IMG/VR virus record: IMGVR_UViG_3300003323_001359
Span: 1-64,000 of that record
Length of the DNA stretch: 64,000 nt
Source: a virus
Reading direction: 5' to 3' (one strand)
A program made the position numbers and the translations under genes. Under the pieces are notes generated by a model. The model was given only the letters and a program-made list of their open reading frames with translations, searched no databases and was not told where the DNA came from. This document shows, piece after piece, positions 26,079 to 35,920 of the stretch (its first letter is position 1; each line of letters opens with the position of its first letter).

Positions 26079-27890
26079 GTGGCTGCACTCCTCGAGGGCG
26101 CCGACACCACGACGCCCACGGACATGAACGAGCTCAAGGCGGGTCTCCAGGAGACCGTCTCGCGCTGCAACACCACCGGCGACGCCATCAAGGCGCAGCT
26201 GCCGAACCTGGTCAAGGGCGCCGGCCTCGCTACCATCGGCTCCAACAAGCCGCTGGAGGACCAGGCCGACATCACCTACCGGGCCCACCAGGCCGCCCTG
26301 GACCTGCGCACCGCGACGATGCAGGGCTACCAGAACCGGTCCTCCGTGGTGAAGTCCATGAACCAGGGCTTCCTCAACCAGTTCGGCAACCTGAAGACCG
26401 CGCTGACCACGCCGTCCATCGGCGAGCAGGTCTCGCAGCTGCTCGCCGGCATCCCCGGCATGGAGAGCAACAAGTCCTTCACCGCCGGCAACCTGGGCAT
26501 CGGCTCGATCTACGGTCTCGTGCCGTTCGACCTGCTCGCGCCCTCGCGGCTGATCTACCCGGTCTACACCCTGTACCGCAACAAGTTCCCCCGCCCGGCG
26601 GGACAGGGTCTGTCCCGCATCGAGCGCGTGTTCACCGGCATCTCCGGCTCGCAGACCGGCGGCCAGGGCGTGCTCGACATCTCGATCGACGAGCTGGTCA
26701 CCTCCGGTGGCTCGTTCAGCAGCTGGCCGCTGAACCTGCCGCCGTCGGGGAACCAGACCGAGGTCACGCTCAATGTGCCCTACCGGTTCTTCGGCATCAC
26801 CGAGCAGCTGTCCTGGCTGGCTCAGTTCAGCGGTCAGGGATTCGAGGACGTCTCGGCCCTCGCGAACCTCATCCTCCTGCAGGAGATGATGCTCGGCGAG
26901 GAGTACCAGATGATCGCCGGCACGTCGATCAACCTGACCGCGCCGGCCGCGCCGACCATCACCGTGCGCACCGCTGGCTCCAACGAGACCGCCTTCACCA
27001 CCGGCACGCTGACCGTGGAGATCACCGCCGGCAACTACTGGGGTGAGACCGCGCCCTCCTCGGCCAGCAACTCGGTCACCGTCAGCGCCGGCCAGGTCGT
27101 CGACGTCACCATCCCGACCGTTCCCGGCGCGCTCTTCACCAACATCTACACCAACAGCGGGAGCGCCGGCTACTTCCTGCAGCAGGCGCAGGTCGGCGGC
27201 ACCCGCTTCACCCTGCAGGGCACCGCCGCGACGACCACCGCGCCGCCGAGCGCCGACACCGGCACCGGCAAGGGGACCCGGATGGAGGGCGTGATCCCGA
27301 CCCTCGCCGGCGTCTCGGCCAACGCGGGCATCTACCCGTCCGGCTGGCAGGGCGGCTACGTCAACAACGCGGTCGGCACCACGCTGAACTACAACGTCAT
27401 CAACACGACCCTGAAGGCGCTGTGGGACAGCTCGTCCAACAACCCGGGCGCGTTCAAGGCCGACCCGGCGGAGCTGCTCAGCTCCGCGACCGACATCGCG
27501 AACCTGTCCGACGACGTCATCGCTCAGGGCTCGGCCACCAACTACCGCCTGTTCATCCAGCAGTCGGAGACCGGCGGCATCCAGACCGGTGCCGCGGTGG
27601 ACGAGTTCCGCAACCCCTTCACCCGGTCGATCATGAAGATGGTCGTTCACCCCTGGTACAAGCAGGGCAACGCCGACCTGATGACCTACCAGCTCCCCCA
27701 GACGTGGACCAACGTCGCCAACGCGTGGGAGATGACCACGGTCCAGGACTACGTGTCCATCGCGTGGCCGGTGATCGACGCCACCTTCCGCTACTCCATC
27801 TTCCTGTACGGGGCGATGGTGGCGCACGCGCCGCAGTACTCGGCGCACCTCGCTGGCCTGCAGAAGACCAACACCACCCCCTACACGTGA
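26079..27890 (+). CDS. Major capsid protein with S/T-rich Ig-like insertion
   Basis: Position after the scaffold; FDLLAPSRLIYP, MMLGEE, VHPWYKQG; central beta-rich insertion. Confidence 0.78.
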   Translation: MAALLEGADTTTPTDMNELKAGLQETVSRCNTTGDAIKAQLPNLVKGAGLATIGSNKPLEDQADITYRAHQAALDLRTATMQGYQNRSSVVKSMNQGFLNQFGNLKTALTTPSIGEQVSQLLAGIPGMESNKSFTAGNLGIGSIYGLVPFDLLAPSRLIYPVYTLYRNKFPRPAGQGLSRIERVFTGISGSQTGGQGVLDISIDELVTSGGSFSSWPLNLPPSGNQTEVTLNVPYRFFGITEQLSWLAQFSGQGFEDVSALANLILLQEMMLGEEYQMIAGTSINLTAPAAPTITVRTAGSNETAFTTGTLTVEITAGNYWGETAPSSASNSVTVSAGQVVDVTIPTVPGALFTNIYTNSGSAGYFLQQAQVGGTRFTLQGTAATTTAPPSADTGTGKGTRMEGVIPTLAGVSANAGIYPSGWQGGYVNNAVGTTLNYNVINTTLKALWDSSSNNPGAFKADPAELLSSATDIANLSDDVIAQGSATNYRLFIQQSETGGIQTGAAVDEFRNPFTRSIMKMVVHPWYKQGNADLMTYQLPQTWTNVANAWEMTTVQDYVSIAWPVIDATFRYSIFLYGAMVAHAPQYSAHLAGLQKTNTTPYT

Positions 27891-27954
27891 TCGGCAGCGC
27901 GGCGGCTCGTCGAGCCGCCGCGCGTCGTCGGACCGAGGCCTCGAAAGGATCGAA

Positions 27955-28311
27955 GTGGCCATCTTCGAGGGGGACTACCCCCAGCTTCAGAACACCACGA
28001 TCACCACGTCCGGTGGCACGCAGGTGTTCGCGACCTCCGGCTCCGGCGTGAGCCACGCCGGCGGCACGTACACCTGGAACTTCATCTCGTCCACCACCGC
28101 GAACCAGGCGTACACCGTGCTGAACCAGGGACCGAACGTCGCGTACGTCGGCACCAACTCCGGCATGACCGCGCCGACCGCCGGCATCCTGCTCAACGTC
28201 GGTGAGCAGCTGACCGTTCAGGGCCGGGTGCAGAACCTGTACGCGGCCGTCGCGAACGGCAACACCGCGACGATCTCGGCGGCGCTGGCGTCCAACCCGT
28301 CGGTGGTGTGA
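27955..28311 (+). CDS. Putative capsid decoration protein
   Basis: S/T/G-rich, NQGPNVAYVG motif. Confidence 0.6.
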   Translation: MAIFEGDYPQLQNTTITTSGGTQVFATSGSGVSHAGGTYTWNFISSTTANQAYTVLNQGPNVAYVGTNSGMTAPTAGILLNVGEQLTVQGRVQNLYAAVANGNTATISAALASNPSVV

Positions 28312-28312
28312 C

Positions 28313-28816
28313 GTGGCGAGCCGTTCCATCTACACGCCCGTGGGAGCGGCGCCGGTTCAGGTCTACACCCCCGCGAGCGTCGGTCGACCGCACGTCGTGG
28401 TCTTCAACGCCGGCCCGTCCACGGTGTACGTGGGTGGGGTCGGCGTCACGTCGACCAGCGGCCTGGCGGTGCCGCCGAACACGGAGATCAGCTTCTCCAA
28501 CGGCGTCAACGCGATCTACGCGGCCGCGGGCGGCGTGACCGTCAGCGGCACGGCGACGACCAACCTGACCGCGGCCACGACCGGCGGCTCGTCCAGCAAC
28601 CTGAGCGTCGGCACCACCGCGAACTTCGCGGTGGGCAACCTGGTTCAGATCGGCACCGGCAACACCGCCGAGATCGGCACGATCTCGGCGTTCGCCAACA
28701 GCACCACGTTCACGCTGGCGAGCGCGGTCGTCTACGACCACCGCGCGGGAGCCGCGGTCTCGGCGGTCACCGGCGCCTCACCGGGAACCGTCCGGACAAC
28801 CGCGGGAACGTCGTAG
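28313..28816 (+). CDS. Putative capsid decoration protein (paralogue-like)
   Basis: NAGPSTVYVG..V.S..G motif resembles the preceding gene. Confidence 0.6.
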   Translation: MASRSIYTPVGAAPVQVYTPASVGRPHVVVFNAGPSTVYVGGVGVTSTSGLAVPPNTEISFSNGVNAIYAAAGGVTVSGTATTNLTAATTGGSSSNLSVGTTANFAVGNLVQIGTGNTAEIGTISAFANSTTFTLASAVVYDHRAGAAVSAVTGASPGTVRTTAGTS

Positions 28817-28935
28817 CCGACCGGATCACGACACCTCGATAACAGCCTGGCGGCACTCGGTCTCCAACGTGATGATACGCGATATAGTGAAGCCGACGGG
28901 AGAGCCGTCGCTTCAACCCGGGCAGGGAGCGTCGC

Positions 28936-29547
28936 GTGGCATCACAACCGGGGCCGAGCGCCGCCGGCTCGATGGTCAACCTCATCTGCGTGAAGGTGGC
29001 CTGGCGAGGCAGAACGATCCCCAGCGTTGAGCAGCCGTTCCACGTCATCGAGGTCAACCCCGAGCCGGCGCATCCCAAGGGACGCAAGGGCCTCGTGCTC
29101 GCGTCGGCGTGGCGACAGATGGCGACGCCTCAGGACGTGGGCATGCTGATCCTCGACTCGGACGTCGCGATCGAGCCCATCGACCTCGGCACGATGGTTC
29201 AGCACGTCGGTCGAGACACCAGCTCGGTCTGGACCGCGCCGGCGCGTCTGTGGCCGCGGTCGACCCACCTGCCGAGCTGGGTGTGGGGCCACCGCAAGGA
29301 GCCCGCGCCCAACGCCACCGCGGAGGAGGCTCTCCGCCTGTGGCAGACCGACGTCGACGACCCCGACTGGTTCACGTTCTGCTTCACGTACCTGCCGCGG
29401 CGGCTCGTGGAGACGGCGGTCGCTGAGGGCCTCAAGGAGTGGCACTACCCGTACGTGGACCTGAACATGCACCGCCTGGCCAAGCGCCTCGGCGTGCCGG
29501 TCCGCGTCGTTCGCGGGGACTGCCACCCCAAGCACATCAACTTCTAG
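28936..29547 (+). CDS. Putative GT-A glycosyltransferase
   Basis: MLILDSDV (DxD), FCFTYLP. Confidence 0.55.
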   Translation: MASQPGPSAAGSMVNLICVKVAWRGRTIPSVEQPFHVIEVNPEPAHPKGRKGLVLASAWRQMATPQDVGMLILDSDVAIEPIDLGTMVQHVGRDTSSVWTAPARLWPRSTHLPSWVWGHRKEPAPNATAEEALRLWQTDVDDPDWFTFCFTYLPRRLVETAVAEGLKEWHYPYVDLNMHRLAKRLGVPVRVVRGDCHPKHINF

Positions 29548-29566
29548 CTCAGAATCGAGGGCGGCG

Positions 29567-29785
29567 ATGGCTCAGGTGACCGCGAAGGTCCGGTGCAACA
29601 GCAAGAAGATCTGGAGCGAGACCGGCGCAACGTTCGAGTTCGGGGTCGACTACGCGGACGGCCGCAACAAGGCGTGGGCGCAGGCGACGCCGTCCCTGTC
29701 GGTCAGCATCGCGGTCAAGGACGCTGAGATGTTCGAGGTCGGTAGGTCGTACACGCTGACCTTCACCGTGGACGACGAGGCCTGA
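29567..29785 (+). CDS. Hypothetical protein
   Basis: AKVRC...N.AW..ATPS...FEVG..Y.LTF, a pattern typical of small phage proteins. Confidence 0.65.
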   Translation: MAQVTAKVRCNSKKIWSETGATFEFGVDYADGRNKAWAQATPSLSVSIAVKDAEMFEVGRSYTLTFTVDDEA

Positions 29786-29788
29786 GCC

Positions 29789-30082
29789 GTGGGCGTCCGC
29801 GTCAACCTCCCACCCGGGTGCGAGGGCTTCAACATGCAGGACGGCACCCGCTACGCCGGCAAGGCCGGCGGCACCGTCGAGGTCGCCGAGCGCCACGCGA
29901 CCGCGGTCCAGAAGCAGATCGGCGGCGACGCCGGCCTCGCGTTCGCCGGCTTCCGCGGCTTCCTCGGCACCAAGAAGGGCCGCTGGTGCGCCGCGTGCTG
30001 CCGGATGTGGAACGCGTGGAGCCACAGCTGTCCGAGATGCGGTGAGGACACCGTCGAGGATACCGCGATGGAGGCGTCGTGA
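29789..30082 (+). CDS. Zn-ribbon protein
   Basis: CAAC...CPRCG. Confidence 0.65.
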   Translation: MGVRVNLPPGCEGFNMQDGTRYAGKAGGTVEVAERHATAVQKQIGGDAGLAFAGFRGFLGTKKGRWCAACCRMWNAWSHSCPRCGEDTVEDTAMEAS

Positions 30083-30396
30083 GCAACACCTTCAACATCA
30101 GCACGTCCGGTAACTTCACGCTGCAGAGCTACGGCGGCGCGGTGCTTCAACGCCTCATCATCAACAACGCCGGTGCCGCGACGGGGTCTACCATCACCAT
30201 CTACGACTCAGCCACCGCGTCCGGCACGGTCCTCGGCACCCTCCACGCGTCCGCGGTGAGCACCCAGGGATCGTACGAGTACGGCAGCGTCCTGCAGCAC
30301 GGCCTCACCATCGTGAACGGCAACCCCGCGAGCGACGTCACGGTCGTTCTCGACCAGCCCATCACCAGCCCCACCGCCGCCGAGGTCAGGCAGTGA
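30079..30396 (+). CDS. Small beta-sandwich virion protein
   Basis: LQRLIIN...TITIYDSATASGT...GLTIV. Confidence 0.6.
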   Translation: MSNTFNISTSGNFTLQSYGGAVLQRLIINNAGAATGSTITIYDSATASGTVLGTLHASAVSTQGSYEYGSVLQHGLTIVNGNPASDVTVVLDQPITSPTAAEVRQ

Positions 30397-31370
30397 CGAG
30401 GGTCTTCGGCTGGCTCTGCGACCACAGCGGCTGCGGCTACTACCGCGTCAAGCAGCCGTTCAACGTTCTCAAGGCGCGCGGTCACGACGTCTTCTACGAC
30501 GGCAACATGCCGGCCGACGTCGCGCTCGGCGGTGCGGACGTCGTGGTCGCGCAGCGGGTGGTGCTTCCCGGTCCCACCGAGTGGGTGCAGCGGACCGCCC
30601 GCAAGGGAAACGTCAAGGTCGTGCTCGAGTTCGATGACGACCTGTGGAACATCGAGGGCACGAACAGCATCGCTCACGGTTTCTTCAACCGTGAGATGCA
30701 GGATCGCGCCAGGCAGAACCTCGCCGTCGCCGACGTCGTGACCACGACGACCGACCACCTCGCGAACCGTCTCAGCGAGTACACCACGGCGCCCATCGAG
30801 GTCATCCCCAACCACGTCTCGAGCTGGCTCATCGACCACGAGCCGGCGCGTCGCGAGGACACCGTCACCGTTGGCTGGGCCGGCAGCGCCACCCACCTCG
30901 GTGACTGGAACGAGCTCGCGAGCGAGCTTCGGCGGTTCCTCAGCCGCACGGACGGCGTTGAGCTGCACACCATGGGGCACGATCTCGCCAACCGGTGGCC
31001 CCGGACCCGCCACTCGTGGTGGAAGAACGAGATCGACGACTACCTGCGCGTGATCGACTTCCACGTCGGCCTCGCGCCGCTCCGTCCCTCGCTGTTCAAC
31101 AAGTCGAAGTCGGCGCTGAAGGCGATGGAGTACGGCGCGCTCGGCATCCCCATCATCGCCTCCAACTGCGGCCCCTACGCCGACTACGTGCAGCACGGTG
31201 AGACCGGCTTCCTCGTGGACCGACCGCACGAGTGGCCGATCTACCTCCGCGAGCTGGTCAACGACCCGACGCTCCGCGAGACGATGAGCCAGAAGGCCCG
31301 CGGCTACGTCGCCGCGAACAGCCTGATCGAGGACAACATCTGGCGGTGGGAGAGGGTGCTGCTGTCGTGA
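30393..31370 (+). CDS. GT-B glycosyltransferase
   Basis: GCGYYR, EFDDDLW, VGWAGS..H, LAPL..FN.SKS.LK.MEY. Confidence 0.9.
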   Translation: MTRVFGWLCDHSGCGYYRVKQPFNVLKARGHDVFYDGNMPADVALGGADVVVAQRVVLPGPTEWVQRTARKGNVKVVLEFDDDLWNIEGTNSIAHGFFNREMQDRARQNLAVADVVTTTTDHLANRLSEYTTAPIEVIPNHVSSWLIDHEPARREDTVTVGWAGSATHLGDWNELASELRRFLSRTDGVELHTMGHDLANRWPRTRHSWWKNEIDDYLRVIDFHVGLAPLRPSLFNKSKSALKAMEYGALGIPIIASNCGPYADYVQHGETGFLVDRPHEWPIYLRELVNDPTLRETMSQKARGYVAANSLIEDNIWRWERVLLS

Positions 31371-32284
31371 GCAGGAAGGCCCTCGTCACCGGTCACCTCG
31401 GGTTCATCGGCCGGCACATGCTGCGCCGTCTGTCCCAGCTCGGGTACTCGGTCACCGGCTTCGACATCCGCGGTGAGTGCCCCGTCGACGCCCGCGACTT
31501 CTTCCGCACCAACCGGCAGCGGTTCGACCTCGTCGTTCACTGCGCCGCGGTCGTTGGTGGTCGACAGACCATCGAGAGCGCGCCGCTCAGCGTCGCCGTC
31601 GACCTCGCCATCGACGCCGAGCTCTTCCAGTGGGCGCTGCGAACCAGGCCCGGCGCGGTCGTCTACTTCTCCAGCTCCGCGGCGTACCCGATCAACCTGC
31701 AGGGTCTCGCCCGAGCCGCCTGGGAGAACGACCTCCACCACGGGTTGCCCCTCGTCGAGACCGAGATCAACCACGCCGACGACACCTTCGGCAAGCCGGA
31801 CCTCACCTACGGCTGGGCGAAGTTGACCGGCGAGGTGCTCGCTGAGCACGCGCGAGCCGCCGGCGTGCGGGTCCACGTGTTTCGGCCGTTCAGCGGCTAC
31901 GGTGCCGATCAGGATCTCTCGTACCCCTTTCCCGCGTTCATCCAGCGCGCGCTGCGTCGCGACGACCCCTTCGAGGTCTGGGGCGACGGCAACCAGCTTC
32001 GTGACTTCATCCACGTCGACGACATCGTGAACGCGGTGATGACCGCGGTCGATGAGGGGTTCACCGAGACCGTCAACCTCTGCACCGGGCGCGGTACCTC
32101 GTTCAACGATCTCGCACGGCTCGTCACGAGCGCGGTCGGCTACGCTCCCGAGATCAAGCACCGCACCGACGCGCCCGTGGGCGTGACGAGCCGGGTCGGC
32201 AGCCCCGAGCGAATGATCACGTTCTACCGTCCGAGGGTGTCCCTCGAGGAGGGCATCTACCGCGCGATAAGGTCAGCGTCATGA
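31367..32284 (+). CDS. NAD-dependent sugar epimerase/dehydratase
   Basis: TGHLGFIG, SSSAAY, YGWAK, RDFIHVDD. Confidence 0.92.
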   Translation: MSRKALVTGHLGFIGRHMLRRLSQLGYSVTGFDIRGECPVDARDFFRTNRQRFDLVVHCAAVVGGRQTIESAPLSVAVDLAIDAELFQWALRTRPGAVVYFSSSAAYPINLQGLARAAWENDLHHGLPLVETEINHADDTFGKPDLTYGWAKLTGEVLAEHARAAGVRVHVFRPFSGYGADQDLSYPFPAFIQRALRRDDPFEVWGDGNQLRDFIHVDDIVNAVMTAVDEGFTETVNLCTGRGTSFNDLARLVTSAVGYAPEIKHRTDAPVGVTSRVGSPERMITFYRPRVSLEEGIYRAIRSAS

Positions 32285-32958
32285 CCGATCTCATCGCGCT
32301 CGTTCCCACCCGCGGTCGACCCGCCAACGCGGCTCGCCTGGCCGCCGCCGTCAGCGAGCTGAGCCGCGCCAAGACCCTGCTCGTGCTCGGTGTCGACGCC
32401 GACGACCCCGAGCTGGAGGCGTACCAACGGATCGACGCCGTCGTTGAGATCACCGATCCCACCGACACGCCCGGCATGGTCGGCGCGCTCAACCAGCTCG
32501 CCGACCGCTACGACACGCAGGCCGCGTGCCTTGGGTTCCTCGGTGACGATCACCTGCCCCGCACCGTGGGCTGGGACGCCCTGCTCTGCGAGGCCATCGA
32601 CGTCATGGGTGGCGGCGTCGCCTACGGCAACGACCTCGTGCACGGCCCCGGTCTCGCGACCGCCGCGGTCATGGACGCCCGGATCCCACGCAGCCTCGGC
32701 TTCATGGCGCCACCGAACCTGTGGCACCTCTACGTCGACAACGTGTGGATGGACTGGGGCCGCGGCATCGGCAAGCTCGGCTACCGCGGCGACGTGATCA
32801 TCGAGCACCTTCACCCCCTCGTCGGCAAGGCTGAGACGGATGAGCGGTACGCGGTCGTCAACGCCGGCAGCGTGTCGAACCACGACCACGCGGCCTACGT
32901 CGAGTACGTCGAGCACGGGCTGCCCCTGGACATCGCGAACCTGCAGGCACGCGCGTGA
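32281..32958 (+). CDS. GT-A (GT2-like) glycosyltransferase
   Basis: VPTRGRP, FLGDDH, HLYVDN, IEHLHP. Confidence 0.8.
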   Translation: MTDLIALVPTRGRPANAARLAAAVSELSRAKTLLVLGVDADDPELEAYQRIDAVVEITDPTDTPGMVGALNQLADRYDTQAACLGFLGDDHLPRTVGWDALLCEAIDVMGGGVAYGNDLVHGPGLATAAVMDARIPRSLGFMAPPNLWHLYVDNVWMDWGRGIGKLGYRGDVIIEHLHPLVGKAETDERYAVVNAGSVSNHDHAAYVEYVEHGLPLDIANLQARA

Positions 32959-33515
32959 CGAGAACCCGACTGCGTCCCAGGTACTCCGACGCCGACCTGG
33001 CCCGCATCTACGCGACCCCGCACGACCACACCCGCTGGGCCGACCACGTGATTCGTGTGAACGTCACGACGAGCCTCGCGCGGTGGTTCGCCGACCAGAC
33101 GGGATGTCGATCCGCGGCCGACCTGTCGTGCGGTGACGGCGCGATCCTCAACGCGCTTGACCTGCCTACCAAGGTCTTCGGTGACTACGCGCCGGGCTAC
33201 GAGCTCACCGGCCCCATCGAGCGGACCATCGAGCAGCTCAGCCACGTGGACCTGTTCATCTGCTCTGAAACGATTGAGCACCTCGACGACCCCGACGCCG
33301 TGCTGCGACGGATCAACGTGAAGGCTCGCTTCCTGGTGCTGTCGACGCCGATCGGTGAGGCAGACGTGGGAAACCCGGAACACTACTGGGGCTGGGACGT
33401 CGACGACGTCAGGGAGATGCTCGGCAGCACGGGTTGGGAGCCGTACAGCACGATCGAGCTCAAGCTGCCGCACTTCACGTACGACTTCCAGATCCACGCG
33501 TGCTGGAGAATCTGA
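32955..33515 (+). CDS. Class I SAM-dependent methyltransferase
   Basis: ADLSCGDG, DLFICSETIEHLDDP, NPEH. Confidence 0.85.
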   Translation: MTRTRLRPRYSDADLARIYATPHDHTRWADHVIRVNVTTSLARWFADQTGCRSAADLSCGDGAILNALDLPTKVFGDYAPGYELTGPIERTIEQLSHVDLFICSETIEHLDDPDAVLRRINVKARFLVLSTPIGEADVGNPEHYWGWDVDDVREMLGSTGWEPYSTIELKLPHFTYDFQIHACWRI

Positions 33516-34138
33516 TGCAGACCTACAAGGGTGACATCACCGTCGTCATCCCCACCATCCCACCGCGTCGTGATCACCTTCTCCGGGCCCTGCAGTCGGT
33601 CAGCACGCAGACCCTGCCCGCGTGGAACGTGGCCATCGCGCAGGACACCACGCACGCCGGCGCCGGTATCACGCGGCAGCGCGCCCTCGAGACGGTCCGT
33701 ACCGGTTGGGTCGCGTTCCTCGACGACGACGACGCGTTCATGCCCAACCACCTCGAGATCCTGTACTGCGCGGCGCTCGAGACCAACGCGGACTACGTCT
33801 ACAGCTACTACATGGTGCGGGACGCCGCGAACAACGACCGTCCCGACGTCGACCCCCTCGGCCACCTCGGTCGGCCGTTCGACACCGCGGACCCTCACCA
33901 GACCACGGTCACGACGCTCGTCCGCACCGAGCTCGCGCAGGTCGCGCGGTTCACCCCACCCGAGGCGGCCGAGGTCGACGGCCAGGTGTACGGCGAGGAC
34001 TTCCAGTTCACCGTGAACTGCTGCAAGCTCGGTGCCAAGGTCCACCACGTGCCCCGGCGCACGTGGTGGTGGTACCACCACGGCATGGGCGCGCCCGGCG
34101 TCCAGGGGAACACCTCCGGTCGCGGTGACCGGTGGTGA
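33515..34138 (+). CDS. GT2 glycosyltransferase
   Basis: ITVVIPT, WVAFLDDDD, GEDF. Confidence 0.9.
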   Translation: MQTYKGDITVVIPTIPPRRDHLLRALQSVSTQTLPAWNVAIAQDTTHAGAGITRQRALETVRTGWVAFLDDDDAFMPNHLEILYCAALETNADYVYSYYMVRDAANNDRPDVDPLGHLGRPFDTADPHQTTVTTLVRTELAQVARFTPPEAAEVDGQVYGEDFQFTVNCCKLGAKVHHVPRRTWWWYHHGMGAPGVQGNTSGRGDRW

Positions 34139-34160
34139 CGCCTCAACTCGAGGAGAAACC

Positions 34161-34781
34161 ATGACCCTGCACGCACGCAGCGACCTCGTGAGCGTCGCTG
34201 TGTCGAAGGATCACGGGGGGTGTGGAGCCACGCACACGCGTCCGGTGACCCACGGCTCCCCGGTCAAGGTGTGGGTGCTGAGCTGCCCCGCCTGCGAGAA
34301 CCACCTGCGCGGCGACCCGAACTGGGCGGTCGATCCGGAGGAGATCCCGGAGACCCCCGACGAGGTTCGGCTGCGCGAGAGCCAGGAGAAGCGCGGCGAG
34401 AAGAACATCGCGTCGAGCCTGCAGGCCTCGATCGCGAGCCTCGCGTCCTCTCAGGAGGGCATGCAGAAGCTGATGGCGATCATGACCACCGCCCTGGCCG
34501 GCGTCAACCCGGAGGTCACGAAGGCGATCGCGTCCCTGACCGGCTCACCCACCGAGGAGTCACCGGTTGGTGCGACCAACGACAATCCCACGGGCGTCGC
34601 GTCCCCCAACCGCACCCAGGTCGCCGGCGTGCGTGTCGTTGAGGACGGGGACCCACGGGACGATCAGCCGGACCTCAGCAAGCTCACCGTCAAGGACCTG
34701 CGCGCGCTCGCGAAGGATCGCGGTGTGGCCGACACCGGCAACCGCGCGCAGCTCATCGAGCGGCTGACTCAGGCGGGATAG
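34161..34781 (+). CDS. Zn-binding plus C-terminal SAP/Rho-N-like domain protein
   Basis: C..H...CPAC; LSKLTVKDLRALAKDRGV..GNRAQLIERL. Confidence 0.7.
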   Translation: MTLHARSDLVSVAVSKDHGGCGATHTRPVTHGSPVKVWVLSCPACENHLRGDPNWAVDPEEIPETPDEVRLRESQEKRGEKNIASSLQASIASLASSQEGMQKLMAIMTTALAGVNPEVTKAIASLTGSPTEESPVGATNDNPTGVASPNRTQVAGVRVVEDGDPRDDQPDLSKLTVKDLRALAKDRGVADTGNRAQLIERLTQAG

Positions 34782-34784
34782 AGG

Positions 34785-34976
34785 GTGTCGAGGCGGGGCG
34801 TCTGCGGCCGATGTGGCACCATCCGTCGGGGCAGGCGCGCCGCCACCACCCAACCCTTCACCCAGTGCGTCGAGTGCGTCACGCCGCTGTGCGTCAAGCA
34901 CGCGATCTGGGACACCGACCGCGACGGCTACCTGTGCCGCAAGTGCGTCAAGGCTAAGAGGACGGTGATCCCGTGA
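34785..34976 (+). CDS. Small Zn-finger protein
   Basis: CGRC, CVEC...C..H, CRKC. Confidence 0.65.
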   Translation: MSRRGVCGRCGTIRRGRRAATTQPFTQCVECVTPLCVKHAIWDTDRDGYLCRKCVKAKRTVIP

Positions 34977-35920
34977 CGCTGCCCGTTGGCCCGCTCATCC
35001 CCTACGTCACGCCCGAGCTGCTGACCAACGCGCCCACCGGCATCTCGTGGTCCACGATCCCACCCGGTCGGTCCGTCACCGACGCCGAGCGTCTCGCCGA
35101 GCAGGCCAACATCTGCGCTCGCGCCACGGCTCAGGCCGACACATACTGCAACCAGGTGCTGCGCGCAACCCTCGACACCGAGATCCAGCAGGGTCCCGAC
35201 TTCCGCATCACGGTCCAGAACGGCACCGGCAACGGCCGCTTCATCCTCCAGCGCTGGCCGGTGCTTCAGATCGTGAGCCTCGCGGTCTCCCCCAACACCT
35301 TCCCTCGTCAGTACGTCACGCTGCCCACCACCGCGTACGACATCGAGCACCCCGTCATCGGCGTCTACGGCAGCAGCGCGCCCTCCTCTGCCGGCGAGGG
35401 TGGCCAGTCGATCGCGTTCGCGCCCGGCTACGTCGACTGGGGCCTGGGACGCAACGGCTACGTCGTGAAGTGTCAGTACGTCAACGGCTGGCCGCACACG
35501 TCCCTCACCCAGCCCACCTCCGCCGGCCAGCAGGTCATCTCGGTCGACGACTGCACCGGCTGGGCGATCACCTCCGAGACGCTCGGCGCGGTCGGGGCCA
35601 CCGGCACCGTGTTCGACTCCGGCAATCAGGAGGTCGTGCACGTCTCCTCAACCAGCGTGGCCGCGGGACCCGGCACGATGACCCTCGCCGCGCCCCTGCA
35701 GCTTCCCCACGCCGCGGGAACGATGGTGTCGACCCTGCCGCAGTCCGTGATCTGGGCCGTGATCCTGTTCGGCAGCTCCATCGCGCTGACCCGGGGCTCA
35801 ACCGCCACCACCGTGCAGACGATCCCCGGCGGCGGCGGCAGCACCGGTGGCGTGAAGAGCCCCGCCGACCTCGCCGGTGAGGCTGAGCTGCTCCTGAACC
35901 CGTTCCGTCGGACCGTTTAG
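34973..35920 (+). CDS. Head-to-tail adaptor
   Basis: YVT..., ATAQADTYCN, YVNGW, LLNPFRR; position. Confidence 0.7.
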   Translation: MTLPVGPLIPYVTPELLTNAPTGISWSTIPPGRSVTDAERLAEQANICARATAQADTYCNQVLRATLDTEIQQGPDFRITVQNGTGNGRFILQRWPVLQIVSLAVSPNTFPRQYVTLPTTAYDIEHPVIGVYGSSAPSSAGEGGQSIAFAPGYVDWGLGRNGYVVKCQYVNGWPHTSLTQPTSAGQQVISVDDCTGWAITSETLGAVGATGTVFDSGNQEVVHVSSTSVAAGPGTMTLAAPLQLPHAAGTMVSTLPQSVIWAVILFGSSIALTRGSTATTVQTIPGGGGSTGGVKSPADLAGEAELLLNPFRRTV

